Of a DNA stretch of 64,000 nucleotides, positions 52,106 to 64,000 are shown piece by piece. The position numbers and the translations under genes are program-made. Numbering within the stretch: position 1 is the first letter of the stretch; every line of letters starts with the position of its first letter. The stretch comes from Octopus sinensis (taxonomy: Eukaryota): NCBI RefSeq assembly GCF_006345805.1, contig NC_043025.1, forward strand, positions 6,944,001 to 7,008,000. Direction: 5' to 3'. The notes under the pieces were generated by a model. The model had not been told where the DNA came from. It made no database searches and saw nothing but the letters and a program-made list of their open reading frames with translations.

Positions 52106-52921
52106 TACACAGAGAGAGAAAACACAGAAAGAAGGAGAGAAAAAAAATGCGTGCAGTAGCTAACGAATCAACATGGCAATCTGATTTCGGCCAGAGGTCA
52201 AAGATCAAACATGAGACGCGAGAGCGAAATAAGGGGAGATAATAGGGTTGATAAAAGGGTTGAGGGACCAGCTAAAAGTGCGTGGGAGGGGTCTGGATGT
52301 GTGTATGTATAGGGTTGGTGTATGTATTAGTATGTATAAGGGTGTGTGTGTGTGTGTGTGTGTATGAGAGAGTATTAGTGCGTAAGATTGGTCTGGACGT
52401 GCGTATGTATGGGGTTGGTGTATGTATTAGTATGTATTAGTACGTATTGTATGTATAGTGTGTTGTGTGTGTGTGAGAGAGTATAAGTGCGTATGCGGGG
52501 TCTGGACGTGTGTATGTATAGGGTTGGTGTAAGTATTAGTATGTACTGGTATGTATTAGTACGTATTAGTATGTATTGTTGGTGTGTGATTGTATTGCAC
52601 ATCATATGTGATGTATGTGTAAAGTCATGTGGTGTAGTGAGAAGAGGGGGAGGGGAGAAGAGGGGGGAGAGAAGGCGAGGGGAGGAGACGGGGGAAGAGG
52701 AGAGGATGGGGAGAAGGAAGGGGAGGAGGGCGATGAAGGAGGAAAGAGGGAGAGGGGGAGAGAGGGAGTGAGGGAGCAGAGGGAAGGGGAAGAGGGAGGG
52801 AGAAAGAGGGAAGAAGGGAAGGGGAGTAGGGGTGAAGGATGAAGGACTGAAGAAGTAGGGTCGGGGGGAGAAAGGATAGGTGAGGAGGGGGGAGAGGGGG
52901 GTTAGATGAGGAGGGGGGAGA

Positions 52922-53482
52922 GTTGAGACCAAATGGCGTATAAGAACGAAAAGAGAAGATTAATTCCTGTTCACGGCGCAAACGGAATCCGGATGGCCTC
53001 TGTGTAAGGACAAACCGAACACAGATAGGTGTTGCAGGAGTGACGGTGGAGCGGAAATGGCGTGAGACCGGTGTGTCGTTCGCAAGGTGGATGTCACGAA
53101 GGTGTTCCGCAAACCGGTCAGCCAAGTGGCGTCCCGTTTGTCCGATGTACAAGGAATTACAGAGAGAGCAAGAGATGCAATAGATAATATTGCTGGAGGT
53201 GCAGGTGAAGGAGTGGATGATGGGATAGGGTCGATGGTGGGTGCTAGTGAGGCGGGTGGTGTTGGAGAGGTAAGGGCAAGTGCGGCAACGTGGGCGGGAG
53301 CAGGGGAACGAGCCGGGTTGGGAGGTAGGGTCAGGGAAGGAGCTATGGACCAAAAGGTCTCGAAGGTTGTGGGCTCGTTTGAAAGAGGGGAGGGGTCGGT
53401 TAGGGAAGAGGTGTGAAGTGGACGGGTCGGACTGGAGATGACGGAAAGCTCGAAGAATGGTGCGTTGGAGACGTAGGGTCGT
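52922..53482 (-). pseudogene. GIY-YIG endonuclease domain of the Penelope-like element, with apparent compensating single-base deletions
   Basis: The expected HFRST-GHS-LQHLSVFGLSLHRGHPDS-RLRREQ is split across three frames. Confidence 0.85.
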
Positions 53483-53710
53483 ATGCATACACACACTCAC
53501 ACACATTTGTTTTTAAAGTAATTTACAAAAAAAAATCATGCTGAGTCACCAAAAGTTTCATGGTTACTCAGTATTAAAACAATGAAACTGGGATGAAAGG
53601 AAAAATTTTCAGATAGTTTTGCTATACAACAATGGTATAATAATAATAATAATAATGATAATAATAATGATAATAATAATAGTGGTTTTAAATATTGGCA
53701 CAAGGCCAGC

Positions 53711-53743
<33 letters not shown>

Positions 53744-55257
53744 TCCTTTGTCAGAGCTAGTTCATTATATCAAAACCTAGTACCTGGTGCTGAACTGGTA
53801 TCTATTTTATGGACCCAGAAATGGAGGAAGGCAAAGTTGAATTCAGCAATTTCGGGGGAGGGTGTAAGCCGATTACATTGACCCCAGTATTCAACTGGTA
53901 CTTACTTTATTGACCCTGAAGGAGCGAAAGGGCAAAGTTGATTTTGGCAACATAAAGACAAACGAAATACCTATTTCTTTACTACCCACAAGGGGTTAAG
54001 CACAGAGAGGACAAACAAGGACAGACAAAGGGATTTAAGTTGATTAAATCGACCCCAGTGCGTAACTTGTACTTATTTAATCGACCCTGAAAGGATGAAA
54101 GGCAAAGTCGACCTCGGCGGAATTTGAACTCAGAACGTAACGGCAGATGAAATACAGCTACGCATTTCACCCGGCGTGCTAACTTTTCTGCCAGCTCGCC
54201 TAATAATAATAATAATAATCCTTTCTACTAAAGGCACAAGGTCTCAAATTTGGCGGAACAGGACTAGTTGATTAAATTGACCTCAGTGTTTTGCTGGTAC
54301 TTAATTTATTGACCCCAAGAAGATGAAAGGCAAAGTCGACCTCAGCAGAATTTGAACTCAGAACATAGCAACAGGCAAGATACATCATCATCATCGTTTA
54401 GTGTCTGCTTTCCATGCTAGCATGGGTTGGACAGTTCAACTGGGGTCTGGGAAGCCAGAAGGCTGCACCAGGCTCCAGTCAGATCTGGCAGTGTTTCTAC
54501 AGCTGGATGCCCTTCCTAATGCCAACCACTCCGTGAGTGTAGTGGGTGCTTTTTACGTGCCACCGGCACAGGTGCCAGGCGAGGCTGGCAACGGCCACAA
54601 ACAGATGGTGCTTTTTACGTGCCACCGGCAAGAGGCCAGTCGGGGCGGCGCTGGCAACGGCCACGAACGGATGGTGCTTTTTAAGTACCACCGGCACGGG
54701 GGCCAGGCGACACTAAGTATTTTCACCCGACATGCTAATGATTCTACCAGCTCGCCCAATAATAATAATAATAATAATAATAACAATAGTAATGGTTTCA
54801 AATGTTTGCACAAAGCCAGCAGCTTTCGAGGGGAGGGATAGTTAATTATATAGAACCCATTACTTAACTATTACCTATTTAATGCTGAAAGGATAGAAGA
54901 GAAAGTCAATCTTGGTGGAATTTGACTCAAATACCTCAAATAGATCTTTTGAAAATATAAATTGGCATTTCACAAATTTTCTGCTTTTCTAGCGATTACC
55001 AGGCACGGCCATGTGGTAAGAAACTTGCTTCCTAACCGTGTGGTTCCAGGTTCAGTCCCACTGCATGGCACATTGGGCTTCAACTATAGCCTCACACTAT
55101 TTTTTCTTCCATTCCATACCAGCATGGAATATAGATGTTAAATGATGATGGTGGTGATGACTACTAGCAGAAACACAGTCCTCCAGGTGGTTTTTCTCCT
55201 AGTATATGTTGAACTGAAAAATTCTAATGAGGAAACAAATAGTGTATTATATATACA

Positions 55258-55620
55258 TCTCTATATATATAAACGGCAAAATGTCAGTCTGTGTGTGCTT
55301 GTCCTTTATACAAATCCACAATTTTTCAATTAGAGGGCTCGCACTTTCTATGGTCATTCAAAATTGTCCGAGGGTGGTCGTGCATATCTTTACATTTCCC
55401 CAGTCACCCCGCAAAACCATTAAAAAATCAATAGATGTGACTTTTTTGTGAACTTTCTATCCAAAACTCAATCAAAATGCCCAAAACTTGATACACCAAT
55501 TGAATGCCAGCTATCTGTATGTGATTGATCGGAGATTTGGACAGTACTCACGTGTATGTGCGCACGCACACAGCTGTATATGCATGTTGCCTACACGTTT
55601 GTGTATAACTGAATGAAACT
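55258..55620 (+). mobile_element. Helitron-like element, second family (another copy at about 2703-3015, -)
   Basis: A|TCTCTATATATATAAACGGC start; about 300 bp shared with the reverse complement of 2703-3015. Confidence 0.7.
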
Positions 55621-55885
55621 TAGAATAAAAAAATTTCTATGTAATTTTGATATGATGGATGGAGTGGAAACGTTTTAACATCCTCAAAGTATCTCAAAGA
55701 AAACCTATATAATCACTCATCTTTAATGAAAACAAATGAATAGGGTTGGTTGAGAGAGACAGAAGGAATTGCAAGGGTGAGAAAGAGAGAGACGAGAGTA
55801 AGATGTTCGAAAACACATCGATGAGGATGAGAGAGAGGAAAAGTTATAGGGACAGAAGTGAAAGACTAAGAATACAGGCAATTGA

Positions 55886-55928
<43 letters not shown>

Positions 55929-56866
55929 TACTGCAAGGAAAGAAATTGTTGGTAAGAGGGAGAGAGGAAAAGTTATGAGGATAGGGAAAGAAAAAACTAT
56001 AAGGGAACGAAGCAGCAAAGAAAAGGAAGGGGACAGAGAAAAAAAGTGAGATAATGTGGGGTTTTATCTCACTGTGAATAAAAATTGAATGGTGTGGTTG
56101 AAAGGAAGCTCAAAAACCACAATTCAATAAAAATAATAAAAGGAAGCCCAAAAACCACAATTCAATAAAAATATATTTACAATTGAAATTTTTAAGAATT
56201 TTCTAGACAACGTACACTGATAACTGCTTTCTCATAGTAAAAGTTACATACACCAAACTAATGAGCATACCAATTTTCATTATTATTGTTATTATCATAA
56301 TGTCTTGGCTTTGCTTTTTTTGTTTTACAAGTTGCACTCAGGTTTCAATCAAAGATGATAATGGACAAAATTTTTGCATCAAAAGATGCTAATAAATGAG
56401 GTGCCGTGCAACTGGAAGAAAAACTGAGGTTATAAAAAGAAAAATTCTTTTTATGAAATTTATAATAAAATTGAATAAGATTATTATTATTATTATTATT
56501 ATTAGTCATTATTATTATTATCATTATTATTATTATCAATTTATTTAATATTATTCTTATCATTTTACCACCACCATTTTCATTATCGTTACTATTATTA
56601 TTATTATTATCATTAACAGAATTTTTTTTTTTTTGGTAAATGAACGAAAAGATTTAACAATCACGCAAATAAAATACTAATTAACTTGAAAATAAAAAAA
56701 AATTTAAAAAGACACAAACAAACAGCCAAACAGAAGAGAATGTTAAATAAAAAACAATTTAAACATTGATTAATTAAAAAGAAACAGAAAACGAAAGAAG
56801 CCTCTTTTAAATTCAGGAATATATATATACATATATATGTATTTTGTTGAATTTTGTTTTACTTAC

Positions 56867-56935
56867 CTTTAAGTCATATTTTGCTTCGGGAGTTTCTTTG
56901 GCCTCAAATTAATCTTCTTTGGTGTGGAATGGTTT
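56867..56935 (-). other. Candidate 69-nt cassette exon with stop codons in all three frames
   Basis: Acceptor tttttgtttcattttcgaatatag, consensus donor AAG|gtaagt. Frame 0 reads KPFHTKED*FEAKETPEAKYDLK. Confidence 0.35.
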
Positions 56936-57588
56936 CTATATTCGAAAATGAAACAAAAAAAAAAACACAACACAACACACACACCCACATACAGACACAC
57001 GCAAAGTCATATACACACATATATACATGTATAGAACCAGCACGTACTCAAACATACACACCTAGATTTTGGCCTTAAGATCTTACTCAAAGAAGACCGA
57101 AGTGAACATGTATATGGTAAGAAAAAATAAAATAAAATAAAATAACAAAAAAAATATATATCGGCACAGAGCGTGCTGTGTGAAAATCGCAGAAATCAGA
57201 ACAAACTAGGTACTTAAGACTTTAATCTAAAGTCAACAAATTCAGACAATACAAGGCTTTCAGCACATTTCATTTCATACAGCTAATTTCATTAACTCTA
57301 AATATATAAATATGAAGAAGGAATTATATATGTGGATGTGTGTTTGTGTGTGTATGTGGTGTGGGAGTATAGTTATGTGTAAGAATGGACAAGAATGTGA
57401 GTGTGTGTGTGTGTGTGTGTGCATATACATGTATGGGAAAAACATAAACATATATATACAAGCATATATGTATAAACACACACACACACAGGCTCGCACA
57501 TCTATATACAAATTTAAAGAGCAAAAACAAATAAAACCACATTTGTACTTGCTTTTGTGTATGTACATACAGATATATACATTATATA

Positions 57589-57622
<34 letters not shown>

Positions 57623-58004
57623 CAACTATGAATAAGTTCACCAAGAGCAATAGAATATTCAAAACTTCTTTTCGTTCTGCAATATTTTTTATGATCCTAA
57701 GAACCAAAAGTATACAAAAAAGACTTTAATCTAAAGTCAACAAATTCAGACAACAACAAAGCAATTTTTGCCAATGTAAACAACCGCAAGTTTCCTTCCT
57801 TTGGTATCTGTGTTTTTTATTTTCTTCTTTGCTGTTTTGGAGGCAAGTTTCTTCAATAAAGACATGTGTGTTTATGTGTGTGTGGTGTATGTGTACATAT
57901 ATATTTATATATTTAACTTCCTCGTTTTCAAAGGAAAAAAAAAAAGTTACAACAATTATTTTTTTTTTAAAGAGGCCCCCAAAACAGTAGTAGTAGTAGT
58001 AATC

Positions 58005-58035
<31 letters not shown>

Positions 58036-58591
58036 TGATATTTTCGAGAACAAAAAAAAAAAAACATCTTAAAAAAAAATTGCTTTAAGCAGTTATGGTT
58101 AACATAAACAAAAATAATAATATAAACGAGAGAACGTACTCAACACACATAGTAGAGTTTTCTGTTTCATTGTGAATTTCATTGTGGAAAATCAATGTGT
58201 ATAAATGTATATGTATATATATGAATGTGTGTATATATATATATATATGAATGTGTGTATATATATATACATGAATGTGTGTATATATGTATGTATGTAT
58301 ATATATATATGTGAATGTGTGTATATATATATATACATGTATGTATGTATATATATATATATACATGTATGTATATATATATATACATGTATGTATGTAT
58401 ATATATACATGTATGTATGTATATATATATATACATGTATGTATATATATATATACATGTATGTATGTATATATATATATGTATGTATGTATATATATAC
58501 ATGTATGTATGTATATATATATGTAGTATGTATATATATATTGTATGTATGTATATATAATATGTATGTATATATATATGTATGTATAATA

Positions 58592-58625
<34 letters not shown>

Positions 58626-58886
58626 CGTATATGTATATATGTGTATATAAGCATATATAATAGTATATAGCTATATATATGTATATAAGCATATATATAT
58701 ATGTATATAAGCATATATATATATATATGTATATAAGCATATATATATATATGTATATAAGCATATATATATATATGTATATAAGGCATATATATATATG
58801 TATATAAGCATATATATAAGCATATATATATAAGCATATATATATATATCTATCTATATATATATATATGTATATAAGCATATATG

Positions 58887-58920
<34 letters not shown>

Positions 58921-59374
58921 TCACATGTGTGTTTGTGTGGATGTTTATGTGAGTGTGTGTGTGTACACACACACACACACACAGATCAGTTGATAAATAC
59001 TTGATTAATATATTAATGAAATTTGAAACCATACCATAAAAATAATAATAATAATCCTTTCTACTATAGGCACAAGGCCTAAAATTTGAGGGAGGGGTAG
59101 TCAGTTACATCAACCCCGGTAATCAACTGGTACCTATTTCATCAACCCCAAAAGGATGAAAGGCAAGGTTGACCTTGGTGGAATTTGAACTCACAATGTA
59201 AAGAGATGGAAGAAATGCAGTTAGACATTTCATCCAACATTGTAATGATCATGCTGGGGCAGTGCTCCACAACCGGTGTGCCACAGAGCGACGCTTGGTG
59301 TGCAGCAGTGTAACCTAAGTATAATTTTTTTCCCTATGCTTTTAGCTCAGGTATGTTGCAAAAGAATATAAGGG

Positions 59375-60170
59375 TCATCATCGTCATCATTGTTCAACCG
59401 TGGTCGAGACAATGGAATTTACCATGCTACGCCAGACTTCACAGTCCATCATGGCATTACGGAGGTCCTGTTGCTGGATGCCTGTATCCCTGGAGATTAC
59501 ATCAGGGTAGGAGAGTGTGCACCCTCTGGTATTGCGATCGTGGTCGAGATAATGGAATTTACCATGCTACGCCAGACTTCACGGTCCTTCATGGCATTAC
59601 GGAGGTCCTGTTGCTGGATGCCTGTATCCCTGGAGATTACATCAGGGTAGGAGAGTGTGCACCCTCTGGTATTGCGATCGTGGTCGAGACAATGGAATTT
59701 ACCATGCTACGCCAGACTTCACGGTCCTTCATGGCATTACGGAGGTCCTGTTGCTGGATGCCTGTATCCCTGGAGATTACATCAGGGTAGGAGAGTGTGC
59801 GCCCTCTGGTATTGCGAGTAGATGGCTTCCAGAGGAGAAGAGTAGAAATTACCTCTTTTTCAGCTCTACAACAATGTCCAGCAAACTGGACTCTCCTACC
59901 TTTCGCAAGAGATGACACAGGTGATAGTTTCCCATATATTTGCATTTTGGTTGGATGACTCTTCCACGGGAGATTTTGAGCTCTCATAAGGAGGTGAGTG
60001 TAGGTTCCATCCAACCGCCTCTCAAGCTTCTTTGATAACATCCAGGTTTCTGAGCCATATAGTAGAATTGGTTCGACTGTGGCTTTGAAGATTTCAAGTT
60101 TGAAGTCTCTACTTAGATTTGATGACCAGATCTTATGCATGTCATTACAGGCTGAGCAGGCCATATAAGG
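59375..60170 (-). mobile_element. 5'-truncated RTE-clade LINE with a triplicated 140-bp 3' end and (TGA)n tail
   Basis: The ORF has LLYGSETW, RRLDGTY..LL..A....W, R..FAGHC.R and DR..WR motifs typical of the RTE ORF C-terminus. Confidence 0.9.
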
Positions 60171-62336
60171 GTACCACAAGTGAAGAGAGACCATGGAGCA
60201 CTGTGCTAGGGTGCCACCTTAGTGATTTCAAAATTTAGTGCACAAGGCCTGCTATTTTGAAGAGAGGGGACAAAACAATTACATTGGCATAAGTACTTGG
60301 CTAGTACTTCCAATTTTTTTTCTGTTTTTCTTTTATCACCCTGAAAAGTACGATAGGTAAAACTGACCTTCACACGAACTGGACTTAGGACGCTGTGGGC
60401 CTTAAACCAAATACCATAACATTAGAACAAAATCTCTGGTAACACCTGTTGAGGCATGTGAAAATCAAAATCAAAATCGATCAACATCAATGGAAATTGT
60501 AGCTGTGATACCAGTGCCGGTGGCACGTAAGAGAACCTTCTGAACATGGCTGTTGCCAGCGCCGCCCCAGCTGGCCTCCATGCCGGTGGCACATAAAAAG
60601 CACCCACTACACTCATGGAGTGGTTGGCGTTAGGAAGGGCATCCAGCTGTAGAAACACTGCCAGATCAGACTGGAGCCTGGTGCAGCCTCCTGGTTTCCC
60701 AGACCCCAGTTGAACCGTCCAACCCATGCTAGCATGGAAAACGGACGTTAAACGATGATGATGATGTAGAGGGTGGCGTTATTAGCAGAGATTTTACTGT
60801 GAATAAAAACGCATTGCGTTTGACAGAATAAGCTGAATGTTGAAGAGTTAAAACCATTGAAATGGGATCCGGATGACGGAATTAATAAAGCAGGAACTGG
60901 CTTAATGGTGGTAGTAGTCTTTGCCTACATTCAGTGGGGAAACCTCACTGACGTCCTCTTTGATTTTCATCCATCCATGAATAAATCATGCATTATCTCA
61001 TAGCTTTGAATTTTTGATGATGTGATTGCTTATTTTTAGAATGACATTGTAGGGTCGGTGTGAGAGGCTGGATCTGGTCAGTTAGGAATAAAAAAAAAAA
61101 TAGTGAATATTTGGGCCAGATATAGCTGGTTCAAATGATCAGAGGTTAATTCTGTAGTATTTAAACCAGCCGCATCTGGGTTAAGTATTCTACCAGCCTA
61201 ACGTTCCAACCAGCCAGACCCAGCCTCTAAAAACTATCTTATAATGCCATCCTAAAACTATGCAATCACATGATCAAAATCTCAAGGCTTTGAGATAATG
61301 CGTGATTAATCAAAAACAGTGCGATTCAAAAAAGCATGGAACACAAAGTCAACCTGAGCGGGATTTGAACTCAGAACGTAAAAACACTACACTGTTATAT
61401 TTAGTGGATATTTAAGCAATGAGTTTGTGGATGATTACTGGGTTGGATGGGTACTTATGAAGGAGTAAAAACTCCTGAAACATGGTATATATACCCATTA
61501 CCCATTTTTCATCTCTGATCTCATTGCTTGTTTACATTTGGTATCTGAGATTCAAAACATTGAAACAAAATCAGAGCTTGCTAGAATTTCTAAAGAAAAA
61601 CTAGAGAGATAACCTTAACAAGTGATTTAATAGCACTGCTAACACAGTTGAACACATTATTGACATAATACACTTTGTAGTATGTTATGGTTGCATAATG
61701 AAATACCATGTGCCTACAAGTCGTAAATATTTACATACCAACTTCCAGGAATGTGTTTAATATGTAAAATAGGTCAATCCAATAATGTTACACTGCTATA
61801 TTTAGCAGCAATGAGTTCATGGATTCAACGGGAGCTTATTAAGGAGCAAAAACTCCTGAAGTATGGCATACACGCCCATTAACCTTTTCTCATCTTCAAT
61901 CCTGTTGTTTACATCTGGTGTCTCTGACATGAAGCGTCGGAACAAAATCAGTGCTGGCTATTAATTTCTAGAGGAAATCAGTAGAGATAAAGCCTAATGA
62001 GTCCAGAAGCTAATATTTCTGCCAGCCCACTGCCTTTTGATCGTATACAATTAACAGGATCTTAAGACACAAGAAAGAAAGAATAACAAAGAAAGAAGTA
62101 AAAATATTATATATGGTCTGCATTATTAAATCTCAGAATGAGATTGAAACAGTAATCGCTCGATAATGTAAAGTATAGAAGCCATCTTAACATGGTTAAC
62201 CACATTGGGGAGGGGGTGTTACTGTAGCTTTATAGCCCCAAGAGATCTTCGTCTCTAGCTGGCCTTAGACACAATATCTGTGCCCTTGGAGTATTTGCAA
62301 AGGGAGGCCATCCCTTCCTCGCAAGCCTGAGTGATA

Positions 62337-62379
62337 CGCTCGAACTAGTTTCGGGATTGTTGTCCCTCGTCAACGGGCG
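62337..62379 (-). ncRNA. Minimal hammerhead-like motif, family D, left arm (core UUGACGA, C3U)
   Basis: CGCCCG-UUGACGA-GGGA(CAACAA)UCCC-GAA-ACUAGU-U-CGAGCG. Confidence 0.6.
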
Positions 62380-62418
62380 GTAACCACGCCTTCACTTTCA
62401 TCGCTACCTGGTGGTTAC

Positions 62419-62461
62419 TGCCCGTTGACGAGGGACAACAATCCCGAAACTAGTTCGAGCG
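62419..62461 (+). ncRNA. Minimal hammerhead-like motif, family D, right arm
   Basis: TGCCCG TTGACGA GGGA CAACAA TCCC GAA ACTAGT T CGAGCG; palindromic stem III. Confidence 0.6.
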
Positions 62462-63479
62462 TATCACTCAGGCTTGCGAGGAAGGGATGGCCTCCCTTTG
62501 CAAACACTCCAAGGACAAAGATATTGTGTCTAAAACCAGCTGGAGACGAAGATCTCTTGGGGCTATAAAGCTACAGTAATACCCCCTCCCCTATGTGGTT
62601 AGCCATGTTAAGATGGCTTCTATACTTTACATTATATATGGTCTGTTTTATCACAAAAATAGATGAGCGGAGATAGAGAGGTGTGCCTTGCTTTAGGCGC
62701 CTCAGCTCCTTGATGATGTCAACAATTTGTAGTTTTGTTGTGATGGACGGATGAATGGATAGATAGTGTAGATGGTTGTATGAATGAAGAGAGGAATGGA
62801 ATGTTAGACAGACAGACAGACACAGAGATAGATAATAGATACATACATATATATACACACACATACAGAGATGCATAGATAAACAGATTAGATAGATATA
62901 CAGAGAGAGAGAGAGAGAGAGAGTGAGAGTGGGTGAATGGATGGACGGTTGTATGAATGGATGGATGGATGGATAGATAGATACGTGGACAAACGGATAG
63001 ATAGATACATACATACATACATAATTAGGGGGAGAGAGAGAGAAGAATAGCCTGAAAGAGGGATGGCTATATTGATAGACAGATTACAGAGAGAGAAAGC
63101 GAGAAAGAGAGAGATGGATGGATGGATAGATAGAAAGAGGTTATAGATATGTAGGTAGGTAGGTAGGTAAACAGAGAAAACACCGAATGTACAGGTGAGT
63201 TTTGTGTGGACAGACGGACGGACAGAGAGATAGGAGGATATATATGAATAAAAAAACTGGTCGGACAGATAATCTGATGGTCGGACAGATACACAGAGAG
63301 ACAAAACAGACAGACTGTCAAGGGGACATATGGAGTGAGAGCAGCAAACAGGATCAATGTAAAACCATATACATTTCAAAGCACATATTTCCTATAATAT
63401 ATATATATATATATATATAAATATAAATTGCTTATACTTCACAGAATATAAATTATCTGCATATATTTCACTGCCATAC

Positions 63480-63532
<53 letters not shown>

Positions 63533-63673
63533 ACATGTACTTTACGCAATACAATTTAAGTGCATAAAATGACTTCACAATTCATATTAATTCACAAGGT
63601 ATATTTATCAGCATATATTTCACTCGGTATAAAGTCAACTGCATATATTTCACCACAAAGCAATATTTCCCTT

Positions 63674-63706
<33 letters not shown>

Positions 63707-64000
63707 TTTTGCAAACAATAGTAATATTTTCACAGACATATTATGGAGATAAAAAATATCAGCAAAACAGAAAATATCAACATTCAACAACACAAAACAC
63801 TTCACAGTATTGCAATCATGTGAAAAACATTTTTGATTTTGATTTTGGTTTCCTTTTCCTTCTTTTTTCTTTTCATTTTTTTTTTACAGATTTTTTTTTT
63901 TTTTTTTTTTTTTTAGGTAATTAGGAAACATAACGAGAATTTAAATAAAAATCAATATTTACCCCACCTCCCGACTTTTCGTTAATAATAATAAATCGAT

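Larger units (their letters stand above)
51971..53482 (-). mobile_element. 5'-truncated Penelope-like retroelement (probably Neptune-type): GIY-YIG endonuclease C-terminus, CT-rich 3' region, short tandem repeats and a hammerhead-bearing terminal segment ending at (TA)n
   Basis: The ORF contains CSRPRCRTC, FTCTSSNIIYCISC, YIGQTGRHLADRFAEH and REQELIF...PFGLN. The terminal ~200 bp match dispersed copies at about 28945-29137 and 30450-30655. Confidence 0.9.
62163..62635. repeat. Fold-back element, 225-bp inverted arms, 23-nt spacer
   Basis: Arms 62163-62387 and 62411-62635 are reverse complements with few mismatches. Confidence 0.95.

Noticed and set aside
52625-52920. Pro/Ser/Leu-rich C-terminal extension of the GIY-YIG ORF and the opposite-strand G/E/R-rich ORFs
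   Set aside because: Low-complexity CT tract with no stop codons; conservation ends at PFGLN.

Overview
Repeat-dense, AT-rich animal intronic DNA. The SINE types and microsatellite load suggest an octopus or other coleoid cephalopod; this is an inference and no database was searched. The only gene I can support is polybromo-1 (PBRM1) on the minus strand. Three exons (33557-33472, 25607-25395, 16318-16249) splice in matching phases and encode the end of bromodomain 2, the linker and the first half of bromodomain 3. The rest is intron, filled with four SINE families, LINE fragments (RTE, CR1/L2-like, CRE-like), Tc1/mariner fossils, Helitron-, piggyBac- and hAT-type non-autonomous elements, satellites and (TA)n/(CA)n fields. 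The main observation is about 15 minimal type I hammerhead ribozyme motifs in four sequence families. One family lies in the 3' region of a Penelope-like element encoding a GIY-YIG endonuclease. Several are arranged as head-to-head inverted pairs and most sit beside (TA)n tracts. There are also candidate antisense exons and a candidate stop-containing cassette exon. Repeat boundaries are approximate (about +/-10-20 bp); exon and ribozyme coordinates were counted base by base. Most six-frame ORFs are repeat artefacts.
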